Assembly (NCBI GenBank): GCA_044869275.1
Contig: JBIOXB010000211.1
Location: 1 to 64,000, forward strand
Reading direction: 5' to 3'
From: a bacterium
Lineage (GTDB): Bacteria > Zhuqueibacterota > Zhuqueibacteria > Zhuqueibacterales > Zhuqueibacteraceae
Length of the DNA stretch: 64,000 bases
Positions within the stretch are counted from its first letter, which is position 1. The number at the start of each line of letters is the position of its first letter. A program made the translations under genes and the position numbers. Positions 49,434 to 59,545 of this stretch are shown here, piece by piece. The notes below the pieces were generated by a model. It was not told where the DNA came from. It made no database searches and saw only the letters and a list, made by a program, of their open reading frames with translations.

Positions 49434-50465
49434 TCATCCCATCTTCACAAACACCACCGGATAAACCACCTTTACACTGCCACTGGTGATGGCATCATAA
49501 CGCCAGCGCCGCACCGTGTCGAGAATGTCCTGCTGCAGCAGCGGCAAGGCGATTTCTGATTTCAGAATATTCACGCTGCCAATGGAGCCGTCGGCGTTGA
49601 TGGTGACTTCTACCTCGACCTTACCACCGATGTCGGGATTCGTCTTCAAGTGTTTCTCGTAAATGTACTGCAGGCGGCCCATGTTGTCGGTGAGCACTTT
49701 GCGCAGCGATTCCTCCGAACGCGCCCCCATGGCCTCTTTCGAGCCGCTCACCTGGCCCAGGCGCTCCACGTTGACGCGGCCTTTCTTGCGCATGGCCACG
49801 CCTTCACCGGCATCCGTCCGGCCGATCAAATCGTCGATGCCTTTGCCCTGCTTGCTGATCGCTTCCAGAGCATTCTCGTCCACCTCTCCGGTGGTATTGT
49901 GGCCGCGCCCCACTTTAAGCGAGCGGCTCATTTTCAAATCTTTCACCACGCCGTCGGCTTCCTGCATATTTAGCGCAATCTTGCCGTCGGCATTGTCGCT
50001 TTCGGAGACGCCATCCAACATGCCCAGCACGCCAATGGTATTCACATCCACTTCTTGCGCGCCTTTTTGCGCGTTGATGGCGCCGTTGGGGTTGTCGGCG
50101 TTATCGTTGCCCGGTGTCTTGACTTGCCTTTCTGCCGTGCCCACATCTTCGCTCGGCTTCGTAGATCCGGGAGTCACCAGCTCAGGCTCCTTTTGCCTCT
50201 CCACCGGTTCCGGCTTGGCGGGCTCGGGCGGAGTTTCGTTTTCGTCCACGAAGTCGATCTGGCGAATCTCCATGACTTCCGGGGGGTTGATGATAGTGTG
50301 CGTGAGCGATAATGCGAAAATCAACAAGTGCACCAGAAAAGAGCCGCCCAGGGCGACCCCGAAGCGTTTCGAAGGGTCATACCCCGCCGACGAGAGAAAT
50401 GAGGCCGAGGGCTTCAATCCTGCAGCCGCCACGTTTCCTGCAAATTTAGCTTGTGCTTTTTTCAT
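49434..50465 (-). CDS. TonB-like protein with AgmX/PglI-type C-terminal domain (GltG-like)
   Basis: TM with S...H (SFLVH), Pro/Glu linker, LQYIYEKHLK.NP.IGGKVEV..TI..DG..VVYPVVF. Confidence 0.8.
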   Translation of the reverse strand: MKKAQAKFAGNVAAAGLKPSASFLSSAGYDPSKRFGVALGGSFLVHLLIFALSLTHTIINPPEVMEIRQIDFVDENETPPEPAKPEPVERQKEPELVTPGSTKPSEDVGTAERQVKTPGNDNADNPNGAINAQKGAQEVDVNTIGVLGMLDGVSESDNADGKIALNMQEADGVVKDLKMSRSLKVGRGHNTTGEVDENALEAISKQGKGIDDLIGRTDAGEGVAMRKKGRVNVERLGQVSGSKEAMGARSEESLRKVLTDNMGRLQYIYEKHLKTNPDIGGKVEVEVTINADGSIGSVNILKSEIALPLLQQDILDTVRRWRYDAITSGSVKVVYPVVFVKMG

Positions 50466-50536
50466 ATCGGCTTCATCTCGGAATAAACAAATTGCTTCAC
50501 AGCGGTGACATCCTCACCGCAAAAGTCTGCTCGAGC

Positions 50537-50968
50537 TCACCCGGCACGGCGCGCTGGGCGCGGTCGTTGCAGGGTGGCGATGGCCATTTTTTTCGCGCCG
50601 CTGCGCTTGGCGATGCCCATCAATTCCAAAATCTGTTTGTGCGTGACCTCTTTGTCGGCGCGAATCATGACCAAACGATCCGGATGTTTGGCCACGATCT
50701 TGCGCAATGCCGGCTCCAGCTGGGGCAAGGGCATTTTGGTGTCATTGAGCGCGACCTCGCCGGCAACCGTGAGCGTAATCGTAACATTGTCTTCCGATTT
50801 CGTGTCGATCGTCGCTGCTTTCGGCAGGTCAACGGCCACGCCCGCCTTCTCATTCAACATCGGTGCGGTCACCATGAAAATGATCACCAACACCAGCGCA
50901 ATATCGACCAGAGGCGCGAGCTGCATATTGGAAATAATGCCGCCGCCAGATGAACCACCCGCATGCAT
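50537..50968 (-). CDS. exbD: ExbD/TolR-family protein
   Basis: APLVDIALVLVIIFMV, VDLPKA, IRADK. Confidence 0.9.
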   Translation of the reverse strand: MHAGGSSGGGIISNMQLAPLVDIALVLVIIFMVTAPMLNEKAGVAVDLPKAATIDTKSEDNVTITLTVAGEVALNDTKMPLPQLEPALRKIVAKHPDRLVMIRADKEVTHKQILELMGIAKRSGAKKMAIATLQRPRPARRAG

Positions 50969-50969
50969 G

Positions 50970-51389
50970 TCATTTGCTCCTGCGTTTCACAATGGACAAA
51001 TCCTTCGCGCCGGCCTGCCGTGCCGCGTCCAGCGTGGCCACGACACGGTCATGAATCACTTCCTCGTCCGCACTGATCACCACCAGCTTCTTTTTGCTTT
51101 TGGAAAGCAAATAGCGCAAGCTGTCGGTCAGGGCGGGTGGCGCCACCGGCACGCTGTTGATCAAAATCTCGCCGTCTTGCTTGAGATATACCTCCGCGCG
51201 CAGCTCAGTTTGCTCCGCGCTGCCCGCCGCCGCCTGCCCCACTGCGGGCGTCGATACCGTGATGCTCGATTGCATGATCAAGGGCGTCATGACCATGAAA
51301 ATCACCACCAGCACCAGCGCCACGTCGATCAGCGAGGTGAGATTGATTTCGTTCAAACCGCTGTCGGTTTTGTTGTATTTGCTTTTCAT
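50970..51389 (-). CDS. exbD: ExbD/TolR-family protein
   Basis: EINLTSLIDVALVLVVIFMV, ISAD, AARQAG. Confidence 0.9.
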   Translation of the reverse strand: MKSKYNKTDSGLNEINLTSLIDVALVLVVIFMVMTPLIMQSSITVSTPAVGQAAAGSAEQTELRAEVYLKQDGEILINSVPVAPPALTDSLRYLLSKSKKKLVVISADEEVIHDRVVATLDAARQAGAKDLSIVKRRSK

Positions 51390-51406
51390 CGTTTTTGCTC
51401 GCGGCC

Positions 51407-52018
51407 TCAAACAATGCCGAGAATAACGTGCACCTTTTTCGTGGCCGCTTCGATTTCTTCCATGGTTGTGCCGACGCGACGCAAAAAGTAATTGTACGCG
51501 ATCACCGCGGGAATGGCCACCACCAAACCGGCGGCAGTCGTGATCAAAGCCTCAGCAATGCCGGCTGCCACCACTGAAGGCCCACCCGAGCCGGAGGCAG
51601 CAAGATCGCCAAACGCACGGATGATGCCGACGACGGTACCGAACAGCCCGATAAAGGGCGCGATGTTTCCCATGGTGCCGAGAATGCTGAGAAAGCGTTC
51701 CATTTTGATTTTCTCTTCCAGCGCGGCGGCCTCCATCAATTCCGTCACGCCTTTGCCGCCGGGCGTAAAACTCTCCAATCCCACTCCGATGACCACGGCC
51801 AGCGGCGCTTGATGGCGATGGCACAAATCGAGACCGGCTTTCGTGCCGCCGTCGCGCAGCGAGCTTTGTAAAGCCGGAATAAAAACGCTGGCCTTGAGCG
51901 TGGTGCGCCGGAAATAGAGCCAGCGCTCGAAAATGAACGTGATCGCCACCAGTGAGCATCCAAAAAGAATGATGAAGGTCGGACTGCTGGTGACGGTTTC
52001 CCAAAAATTAATTTCCAT
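51407..52018 (-). CDS. exbB: MotA/TolQ/ExbB proton-channel protein
   Basis: APFIGLFGTVVGII, GIAEALITTAAGL. Confidence 0.92.
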   Translation of the reverse strand: MEINFWETVTSSPTFIILFGCSLVAITFIFERWLYFRRTTLKASVFIPALQSSLRDGGTKAGLDLCHRHQAPLAVVIGVGLESFTPGGKGVTELMEAAALEEKIKMERFLSILGTMGNIAPFIGLFGTVVGIIRAFGDLAASGSGGPSVVAAGIAEALITTAAGLVVAIPAVIAYNYFLRRVGTTMEEIEAATKKVHVILGIV

Positions 52019-52092
52019 GACTGATCTCCACTAGTCTGCTTGACGAGAAGGTCCTCATACCGAATATGATTGAAATGATACTTTGCACTGTT

Positions 52093-52167
52093 GATGCTGG
52101 ATGCTTGATCCTGGATACTGGATGCAATCTCATTATCATCCAGTATCGAGAATCCAGTATCCAGAAT
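52093..52167. repeat. Inverted heptamer tandem repeat
   Basis: (GATNCTG)n left arm and (NATCCAG)n right arm. Confidence 0.75.
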
Positions 52168-55100
52168 CAGTCTTCGTTGCCTTTGGCCGAAGCGGTATTC
52201 AAGCTATGGCCATTTGGCGCTGAGGAGCCGGTGGTCGCGCCGCTATCGGGGGGAGGCTGCTCCGCTCCGCCTGTGCTATCCGGCGCGGTGCTCTGCTCAT
52301 AGCCGAGCTCGGTCGCCAAAATCTGAACGCGCTCGCGGCTTTTCTCCACCCAGGGATTGGCAATGCCGTTCTCTTCCGCCTGGCGTAGCGTGCCTTGATA
52401 GGTTTCATAAGCACGCTCCTTGAAGGGCCGGACTTTCAGCGCGAGCTGTGCTTCATATTTCGCCTGCACTTCTTCGGTGAGATTGGCGGGGCGCGGTGAG
52501 GCCCAAAACGCACGGCCGAACTCTTCATAGGTTTCGCCGATACGGAACGAGGCGGCGGTGAACCACTCTGCCACCTGGAATGTGGCCGCTTCTTTATACG
52601 CATTCACCACTTCCGTAAACAAGGCTTGCTTGCGCTGCAAGCTTTTGTCGAGAGGCGGTTCGAGATTGATCTGCTTGTAATCTTCGAACCGCATTTCGCC
52701 GAGCCGGAATTGCGCTTGTGCCGCCATGTACGGCTCGGCGGCCAGGCCCTTCTCCATGTTTTGACGATAGCGCGCAATAGTGCGTTGGTAATAATCACTC
52801 GCGTGCGTGTAATCCTTGCGTTGATAATGAATCTCGCCCACCCGGCACAACGCTTCCAAATACTGGTCGATTTCGCCTGGATAATCGGCGAGATAGCGAT
52901 CGTAATTCTTCAGCGCATTCTCGAGCAAACCGGCGTTTTCATAACAGCGCGCCGCTGCGAAAACGGATTTGGCGGCATACGGCGAATGCTCCCTCGCCGT
53001 CACCAGTGCCAGATAATTCTGCGCGGCGCGCGTCCATTTGTCCAGTTCTTCACACAGCAGGGCGGCGCGAAACAGTGCTTCATCGATGCGCGGCGAGTTG
53101 GGGTATTTGAGGTAGAACTTTTCGTAAATCTCGATGGCTTTTTCCTTGTCGCCGGCCTTGTCGTACTGCACCGCGGACTCCGCGAACGCCATCTCGGCAA
53201 TCGCGCTGTCCTGGCTGGAGGCGGCGACGTTTTCAAACGCTTTGGCCGCCAACGCCAGCTCGCCGCGTTCTTTAAAGCCTTCGGCGAGCTTGAATTTTGC
53301 CGAGCTGATCAAGCGATGCGCTTTCGCCACCTGGCGCACGGAATCGGGAAAATTCTCCACCACTTTGCGCGACCATTTTTCCGCGGCGAGATAGCCTTTG
53401 TCGGTCTTCATTTCCATCGCGCATTGCGCGTGCAGCAAATGCGCCTGCACGATATATTTCGATTGCGGCAGATCGGCAATGATCTTTTCGTAGACTTGCT
53501 GTGCCATGCCGAAAGCGTGCATATTGTAGAGCGTCTCGCCGTACTTCATCATCACCTCCGGCAGGCGCTCGCTCTTGCCGAGCTGGACGACGAAATCATT
53601 GCACGCCAGGAGCAGCTTGGAAAAGATGCGGTTGGGCACCTGCAAGGTGTCGCTCTGGTTGGTGCCAAGAAAATTCGCGAGCACGTACTGCGCCGTGTCC
53701 GGCGCGCTCGCCAGGTGCAATTCTTCAAAATGGCTGAGAATGCGGTTGTAAGCCGCTTCGTCGCGGAATTCCGAAGCCGGGTAATTCACCATCACGCGCT
53801 GATACGCCTCGGCGGCCGCTGCATATTCTTTGATATCGTAATGGCATTCGGCGAGATAGAAAGCCACTTTACCGGCGTTGGTCGCGGCGGGGAATTTTTC
53901 CACGTATTGTTTATAGCGTTTGATCGCGCGCTGGTAGTCTTCGGGACTGGCGCTTTGCTGCGCACGTGTTTGCGCTTCGGTGGCGAGGATGTACAAATTC
54001 TGCTCCGCCAGGGCCAGCGTTTTGTCGCGCACCTTCTGCTGCAGCGAATCACTCTTGGTCAGCTTGGAGTACTTCTCGATCCACGCGCTGCCGGGGCCGT
54101 AATCTTTCACCAGTTTTTCGCGCGCGGCTTCGGCGTTTTTGGCGTCACCGCTACGCAAATAGTTCTCGACGATTTTATTCTGTAGCAACGGCGCCTCTTC
54201 ATAGAGCGGCCACAGCTCGAGCGTGATGGCGAGCGTCTTGTTGGATTCGTCGTAGAAATTGCGGCTCTGATAGATGTCGGCGAGCTTCAGGAAAATGTTG
54301 AGGCCATAATCTTTGCCGCGGAATTTGTCGAGAAACTCGCGCGTTTTCTCGGGCCCGCCGTATTCGGCAAAGCATTGCGCCAGATATTCGATCGCTTCCT
54401 GGCGCAGATCGGCCTTGGTTTTGCCCAACACCTCGGCGTTCACCGCTTTATCCACGAGATTCAGATCGTCGATCAAATAGATGAACGTGCTGATGGCTTT
54501 GGCAAAATTATCCACGTTGAAATACGACCAGGCCAGCTTGTAAAGCGCCATGTCGAAAAATGGATTTTGCCATTGGTTCAACAGCTTGGCATAATAATCC
54601 GTGGCCAGGCCGTATTCCTTTTTGTCAAAATAATACTCGCCCAGGCGGAAGCTGGCCTCCAGCACGTAGCCACTGTTGGGATAATCTTCAAGCAGCCTCT
54701 TGAAATAGTCGCGCGACAAGTCGCGATTGCCCTCTTCGAGCTGGCAGAGCGCGATGCGATAAATCACTTTATCGTTGAACGAGGCGGTGGGATATTGCTG
54801 TAAAACCTTATAACCCATTTCCAGGGCTTTGCCGTAGCTGACGCGCGGCATCACCGGCTCGGCTTTGAGCTCGCCCGCATCGAAACGCTTGAGACCGGCG
54901 TCATAAGCCTGCATTGCTTTGTTATAGTCGAAAGCCGAACGCTTGACGTACAATTCGACCAGCTGAAACATCACGCTCGGCGTGAAGTCGCTGCTGGGGT
55001 ATTTGCGGATCAGCTCCTCGCCCTGCACGATTGCCGCCTCCAAATCTTTCACAATGATGGTGTCGCGGCGGGCGAGCTGGAGATCGGCATTTTGCGCATA

Positions 55101-55199
55101 GGCCGGCGCGCTCATCCAGGCGGCGCAGCCCAACAGCATGGCCGTCAAGGCGGCAGTACGCGCCTTGTGGAATTGTGGGGGTCTCATAAGGAAACTCAT
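52167..55199 (-). CDS. Large exported TPR protein (GltD/AgmU-like)
   Basis: Signal peptide AYA-Q; many TPRs (YP.S..A.FRLGEYYF, ALYKLAWSY). Confidence 0.8.
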   Translation of the reverse strand: MSFLMRPPQFHKARTAALTAMLLGCAAWMSAPAYAQNADLQLARRDTIIVKDLEAAIVQGEELIRKYPSSDFTPSVMFQLVELYVKRSAFDYNKAMQAYDAGLKRFDAGELKAEPVMPRVSYGKALEMGYKVLQQYPTASFNDKVIYRIALCQLEEGNRDLSRDYFKRLLEDYPNSGYVLEASFRLGEYYFDKKEYGLATDYYAKLLNQWQNPFFDMALYKLAWSYFNVDNFAKAISTFIYLIDDLNLVDKAVNAEVLGKTKADLRQEAIEYLAQCFAEYGGPEKTREFLDKFRGKDYGLNIFLKLADIYQSRNFYDESNKTLAITLELWPLYEEAPLLQNKIVENYLRSGDAKNAEAAREKLVKDYGPGSAWIEKYSKLTKSDSLQQKVRDKTLALAEQNLYILATEAQTRAQQSASPEDYQRAIKRYKQYVEKFPAATNAGKVAFYLAECHYDIKEYAAAAEAYQRVMVNYPASEFRDEAAYNRILSHFEELHLASAPDTAQYVLANFLGTNQSDTLQVPNRIFSKLLLACNDFVVQLGKSERLPEVMMKYGETLYNMHAFGMAQQVYEKIIADLPQSKYIVQAHLLHAQCAMEMKTDKGYLAAEKWSRKVVENFPDSVRQVAKAHRLISSAKFKLAEGFKERGELALAAKAFENVAASSQDSAIAEMAFAESAVQYDKAGDKEKAIEIYEKFYLKYPNSPRIDEALFRAALLCEELDKWTRAAQNYLALVTAREHSPYAAKSVFAAARCYENAGLLENALKNYDRYLADYPGEIDQYLEALCRVGEIHYQRKDYTHASDYYQRTIARYRQNMEKGLAAEPYMAAQAQFRLGEMRFEDYKQINLEPPLDKSLQRKQALFTEVVNAYKEAATFQVAEWFTAASFRIGETYEEFGRAFWASPRPANLTEEVQAKYEAQLALKVRPFKERAYETYQGTLRQAEENGIANPWVEKSRERVQILATELGYEQSTAPDSTGGAEQPPPDSGATTGSSAPNGHSLNTASAKGNED

Positions 55200-55200
55200 T

Positions 55201-56594
55201 TTAGTTCTGTCTTGGCATTCCCTTCAAGAACAAAGCCCGAGCCTTGCCGTATTCGGCATAAGCCCGCCAGTGGCGTCGCGATTCCTTTCGCACCAACTCG
55301 GAGCGCACCTGCTCCAAACTGAACGAGACCTCATCGAAGGTCTTGCGCTCTTTTAAAATATTCTCGATCAACTGATCCTTCGAGCGCGCCAATTGCCCGT
55401 AGTGGTCTTGGAGGTATTTCGGCAACTGGCCCGCGCCCTCCATCCGGATCGAGTCGATCAATTTCGATTCCAACACCAACAAACGCACTTTGAGCTTTTC
55501 GAGCAAGCCTTCCTGCTGGCGCAGGCCTGCTTCGACCAGGCCCATCTGCTCGCCAATGCTGCTGCCTTCGGGATAGCGTGCGATGATGTAGTCGTACTCT
55601 TTGACGGCGAAATCATAAAATTCGAGCTTGAGATAGGACTGGCCGAGCAGGAAATGGGCTTCCTCGCCGAACTCGGAAGCGTCATATTTTTTGATGAGCT
55701 CGTTGAGCGTGACCACGGCGCTCTGAAAATCGTTCATCTTGATCGACGCCCAACTGCGCGTCAGCAGCGCTTGGGGAAAGTCTTGGTTTTCTTCCCTAAT
55801 GTGGCGCAGATGCGCGATCGCTTCCTGATAGTAACCCAGCTCGTAATAAATCAAGCCCAGGGTGAGATGGGCGTTGGCTCTCACCTCACGTTGCTCGTGG
55901 CGCAGCAGCGGCTGACTGAGCACCTTGCGAAAAACCTGGACTGCCTGCGTTATGCTTTTTTTTTTAGATGGCAAAGGCCGATGGTGTACAAACCGTAGTC
56001 GTAGTATTCGCTGCGCGCGCCGATTTTTTCCAGCATGGCAGCGGCGGCGTCATAATCGTGCTGGTGGAAGTGGGACATGCCGCCGAAATAATGCACGCCG
56101 TCCATCAAATCGGCTTGCGCATACTTGGCGGCAATGGCATCATAAATCTTCAGGCTCTCGGCGTAGTTTTCGGCTTGATACTGAATGCGCTGCAAGCCGT
56201 ACAGGCCCTGCGCCACATGCGCGCTGTTCGGAAACTTGGTGACCAGAAAACGAAACATCTTGTGCGAAGAGTTGAACATGTCCATCGAATACAGGCTCTC
56301 GCCCAAGTGGCACAACACGCCGTCAGCCTGTGTGAACGCCGGATAATAGTCCAGCAGGATGATCAATTCGCGCGCGGCTTTCCAATAGGCGCGTTCGAAA
56401 TAAAATTGTTGTGCACTGCGGTAAATTCGCTGCGCGACCTTTTCCATGTTGCGATCGACGGCGCGATCCGAGGCGGGCGGGGCGTCGCTTCCGCCTGCGG
56501 GCAAAGCATGGCTCGCACCCGGGCCCGCGCACCATGCGCAAGCCAGGGCCATCGCCATCATGCGAAATCGTCTGCTGAGAGTTGCGTCCTTCAT
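55201..56594 (-). CDS. Exported TPR protein split into two ORFs by a frameshift in an A10 tract (55956-55965)
   Basis: TPR pattern continues across YTIGLCHLKKK / SITQAVQVF. Confidence 0.75.
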
Positions 56595-56659
56595 TCCACT
56601 ACCGGTCTTGAGCTGGTTAGGTGATATGTTGCATCGGCTGGTTTCAAAAGCACGGCGGA

Positions 56660-57754
56660 TCAGCGCGGCGGATCCTGTTCGCCAGTTTCTTTTGCCTCCG
56701 GCTGCTCTTGCAGCGCGTCTTCCATTTTCTGCAGGCTATCCTGTGCGGTTTCGCGCTTGGTTTTGATCTCATCCAACTGCTGCAGCGCGCGCTTGTCCGC
56801 GCGCTTGTCCACGCGCTTGGCGGTGGCGAGCGGAGCACTGCTTTCCTCCTGCCGGCCGCCGAATTGATAGTTGACGCTCAGGATCAGTTTCCAATCGGCA
56901 TAGTCTTTCTGAAAACTCGTGGAAACCGGATTGCTTACCAGTCGGTGCAAGCCGAGGTCGGCGGCAAGATCGACAATCAAATTCCACGGGCCGAGAAATT
57001 TGACGCCTTGCGTGAGGCGCGTGGAGTTTTCGGCAAAAGTCACGCTGTCGTTTTTGGCAAATACCTCGCCGGTGTATTCCGTGTGGAAAACGAAGGAGTG
57101 AATCGGGAATTTGATTCCGGCGCCGAAGACATATTGGTCCCGATTGGAAGCGAACACAGCGCCCTTCAAATCATGAGCGAGATAGCCGAAGTTCATATAC
57201 AGCTTCAATGGCACCAGCGGAAATGACTGCGTCATATCGATCGTCGCGAGCCCCATGATTCCCACTGCCATTTCGCCGGAAGAGTAGGGCTCATATGGCA
57301 CGTTCGCGTTCTTGGCGGTGGGCAGCACGGTGAAGCCATACAAGCCGGTGGAGATGCCGCCCAAACGCACGGGCAATGCCAGTTTCAAGCCCAGGCGCGT
57401 GTCCCCCGGTGGCCCCCAGACGTGCTTTTGATCGTCTTGATAGGGTGTGGCTTGCAACGTCACTTCGAGGCTTTGCGTCAAGCCCAGCGTGAAGCCGAGG
57501 TTGAAAGTATAGTCCTTGCCCAATGTTCTGCCGCCGCGCTTGGAAGGATCGAGATAGGTCAGAAAGCTGGAATGCACGAAAAACTGGGAGCGGCCGAGGG
57601 GTTCGGCGGTAAAGACGCGCAGCAAGCCGCGGCCGCCGTAAATGGTCGTTTGTGCCGAGGCCAGAGCGGCCATCCCAAGCGTGACCGACAAGAACAATGA
57701 ACCGGTAATGATCTTCTTCAATTGGAGGAACACGATGCTTGATCCCTTCTGCAT
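56660..57754 (-). CDS. Outer-membrane beta-barrel-like protein with coiled-coil tail
   Basis: Signal peptide ASA-Q; alternating beta-strands; GDTRLGLK; last strand LSVNYQF. Confidence 0.65.
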   Translation of the reverse strand: MQKGSSIVFLQLKKIITGSLFLSVTLGMAALASAQTTIYGGRGLLRVFTAEPLGRSQFFVHSSFLTYLDPSKRGGRTLGKDYTFNLGFTLGLTQSLEVTLQATPYQDDQKHVWGPPGDTRLGLKLALPVRLGGISTGLYGFTVLPTAKNANVPYEPYSSGEMAVGIMGLATIDMTQSFPLVPLKLYMNFGYLAHDLKGAVFASNRDQYVFGAGIKFPIHSFVFHTEYTGEVFAKNDSVTFAENSTRLTQGVKFLGPWNLIVDLAADLGLHRLVSNPVSTSFQKDYADWKLILSVNYQFGGRQEESSAPLATAKRVDKRADKRALQQLDEIKTKRETAQDSLQKMEDALQEQPEAKETGEQDPPR

Positions 57755-57965
57755 AAGCTGTCTGGTTGTCTCGCAAAAATTGGCGCGGCCGTTTCGGCGC
57801 ACGCCCATCTGCGTCTGGCCGCGAAAGTGATAGCTCGACGTAACAATCGGTTACGATGGCTTTTTGTGCACAATGACAGATGTACCGCCACCGGAGCCGT
57901 TTTGCGATTCAGGATTTTATCGAGGGGATAAAAATCGCGCGACTGAATAAAGTGTGCTTAACCTT

Positions 57966-57981
57966 ATCAAGGATCATGCCA
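57966..57981 (-). promoter_or_regulatory. Imperfect sigma-54 promoter candidate for the TPR/ExbBD operon
   Basis: Minus strand reads TGGCAT-GATCC-TTGAT (GC at -12 replaced by GA). Confidence 0.3.
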
Positions 57982-58223
57982 GTAGGCGGGGGCGAGATCG
58001 GGCCGGTGCCACCTCCTCGCCTGCCCTTAAAAAACGCAATAACTGCGATATAAAGCGAGGTCACTCGGAGGGTTGTACGCAGTCATGGGCGGGCGATTTG
58101 CTTTCAACCTCATGACTCAGACTGAAACACGAGGATTTGCAAAATTCCGTTTGTGTAAGTGAAAGAGGGATGAAAAAAATGCTGGCGAAGGGAGGCTTGG
58201 GAGCCGAAGTTCAGACTGAAATA

Positions 58224-59228
58224 TCATTCCTGCCATGCAGGTTGCGCCGGCTGGCGCACGGCAGGCACGACCACCGGCCGGTCGTGGCGGGCCATCAGGC
58301 CTTCTATAATGAAAGAGAGCAGAATGCCAGCGACGGCGTCCAAAATGTAGTGATACTGCAAAATGAAAGTCGAGATCGTCAACAGGGCGACCGGCACGAA
58401 CAAGAGCCAGAAAGCTGTACGGAAGTCCTTGCGCAGGGTCAGCCACAAGGTCCAAGCCGCCGCGACATGTGAGCTGGGAAATGCCGCGCCGACCACCGCG
58501 CTTTGCTTTTGAATCAATATCACCGCCTTAAAGAAAAATCCTCCCGACACCAGCTTGTCGATGTGAACGTTCAAAGCGTGATGCGGGCCACGCGCCGGCA
58601 ACAGCAGAAACAGAGTATAGCACGTGTACATCACCACGCACATCCGGCCCAACACGCGCTCGAAAGAAAGTGAGCGCGGTTTGCCGTTTTGCCCTTCGGG
58701 GGCGCGGTAATGCAGCCATGCCACCAGCGGAATCAGGAGGAAATATCCCCAATAAGCGCAGGCAAGAATTTCGACTTTCACCGCATCTAACCGCGGCACG
58801 AAGAATTCCCACCCGTGCCAGCCGTGCAACAGGAGAACATCGCTGCGAATCAAATACGGTTCCAGCCAAAAGGGAAAAAGCACACTGACGACCCTTCCCA
58901 CTTCGCCGAAGAAAAAAGTCAGGCACAGGATAGGATACCAATAGCGCAGCAAGCGCAGCGCGGCGGGCAATGATTCCTGCCGGTGAATCAAGGCAAGCAC
59001 GGCAATGACGATCACAGCATGGCCAAACAGCATGGCAGCGCCCGCCGCCGGTAATCTGCCGAAGAACCATTGCAACAAAGGCAGGACGATCAAGACGCTC
59101 AGCGTGAGCTTATCAAAAAGAAAAAGCTTTCGATATAACGCCGTCAAAAGCCTGGTATCTTGCGAAAATGGCAAAGCGCTCTCCCTCGATTTCCGCTCTG
59201 ACAGACCGTCGAAAATATGTTCCAACAT
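58224..59228 (-). CDS. PAP2-superfamily membrane phosphatase / AUR1-like protein
   Basis: PARGP, AFPSSH, YHY..D; multiple TMs. Confidence 0.85.
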   Translation of the reverse strand: MLEHIFDGLSERKSRESALPFSQDTRLLTALYRKLFLFDKLTLSVLIVLPLLQWFFGRLPAAGAAMLFGHAVIVIAVLALIHRQESLPAALRLLRYWYPILCLTFFFGEVGRVVSVLFPFWLEPYLIRSDVLLLHGWHGWEFFVPRLDAVKVEILACAYWGYFLLIPLVAWLHYRAPEGQNGKPRSLSFERVLGRMCVVMYTCYTLFLLLPARGPHHALNVHIDKLVSGGFFFKAVILIQKQSAVVGAAFPSSHVAAAWTLWLTLRKDFRTAFWLLFVPVALLTISTFILQYHYILDAVAGILLSFIIEGLMARHDRPVVVPAVRQPAQPAWQE

Positions 59229-59301
59229 GCCAAGAATAGCAAAAATTTCACGAAAAATCAACCTGCTCTTGCATTTCGCCGGCGTGGGTGGAAGGTTTTG
59301 C

Positions 59302-59330
59302 TTGACTTTTGAAAGCCGGTTTGATATTAT
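59302..59330 (+). promoter_or_regulatory. Strong sigma-70-like promoter
   Basis: TTGACT-17 nt-TATTAT. Confidence 0.65.
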
Positions 59331-59339
59331 GCCTCGGAT

Positions 59340-59480
59340 TCTAATGATCCACGCGCACACCATTGCGGCCCGGAGTGCCGCCGAGCTTGCGTGCCACTCT
59401 CTCCTTGGGAAAGGAAAGCGAGCGTGAAAATCCAAATCAGGAAGCGCCTTGGTCCCGCGTGGACACACTCCGCAACTTTC
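59340..59480 (+). ncRNA. Candidate compact 6S-like RNA
   Basis: Rod fold: TCCACGCG/CGCGTGGA, central bubble with AAAATCCAAA, GCTTGC/GCGAGC, TCCTT-GGGA-AAGGA apex; directly after a promoter. Confidence 0.45.
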
Positions 59481-59545
59481 GGCCGCTGCCTGTAGAAATT
59501 ATTGCCACCTGAATTTTTCTCATCGCTAAACAGCCTGATCAGATC

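Noticed and set aside
52093..52167. CRISPR array
   Set aside because: 7-nt units without spacers; no cas genes in the window.
59385..59450. Cobalamin riboswitch (GCCACT...GGGAAAGG)
   Set aside because: The upstream GGGAA..GGTG..AATCC and ACTGT core is missing, and the downstream gene is unrelated to B12.
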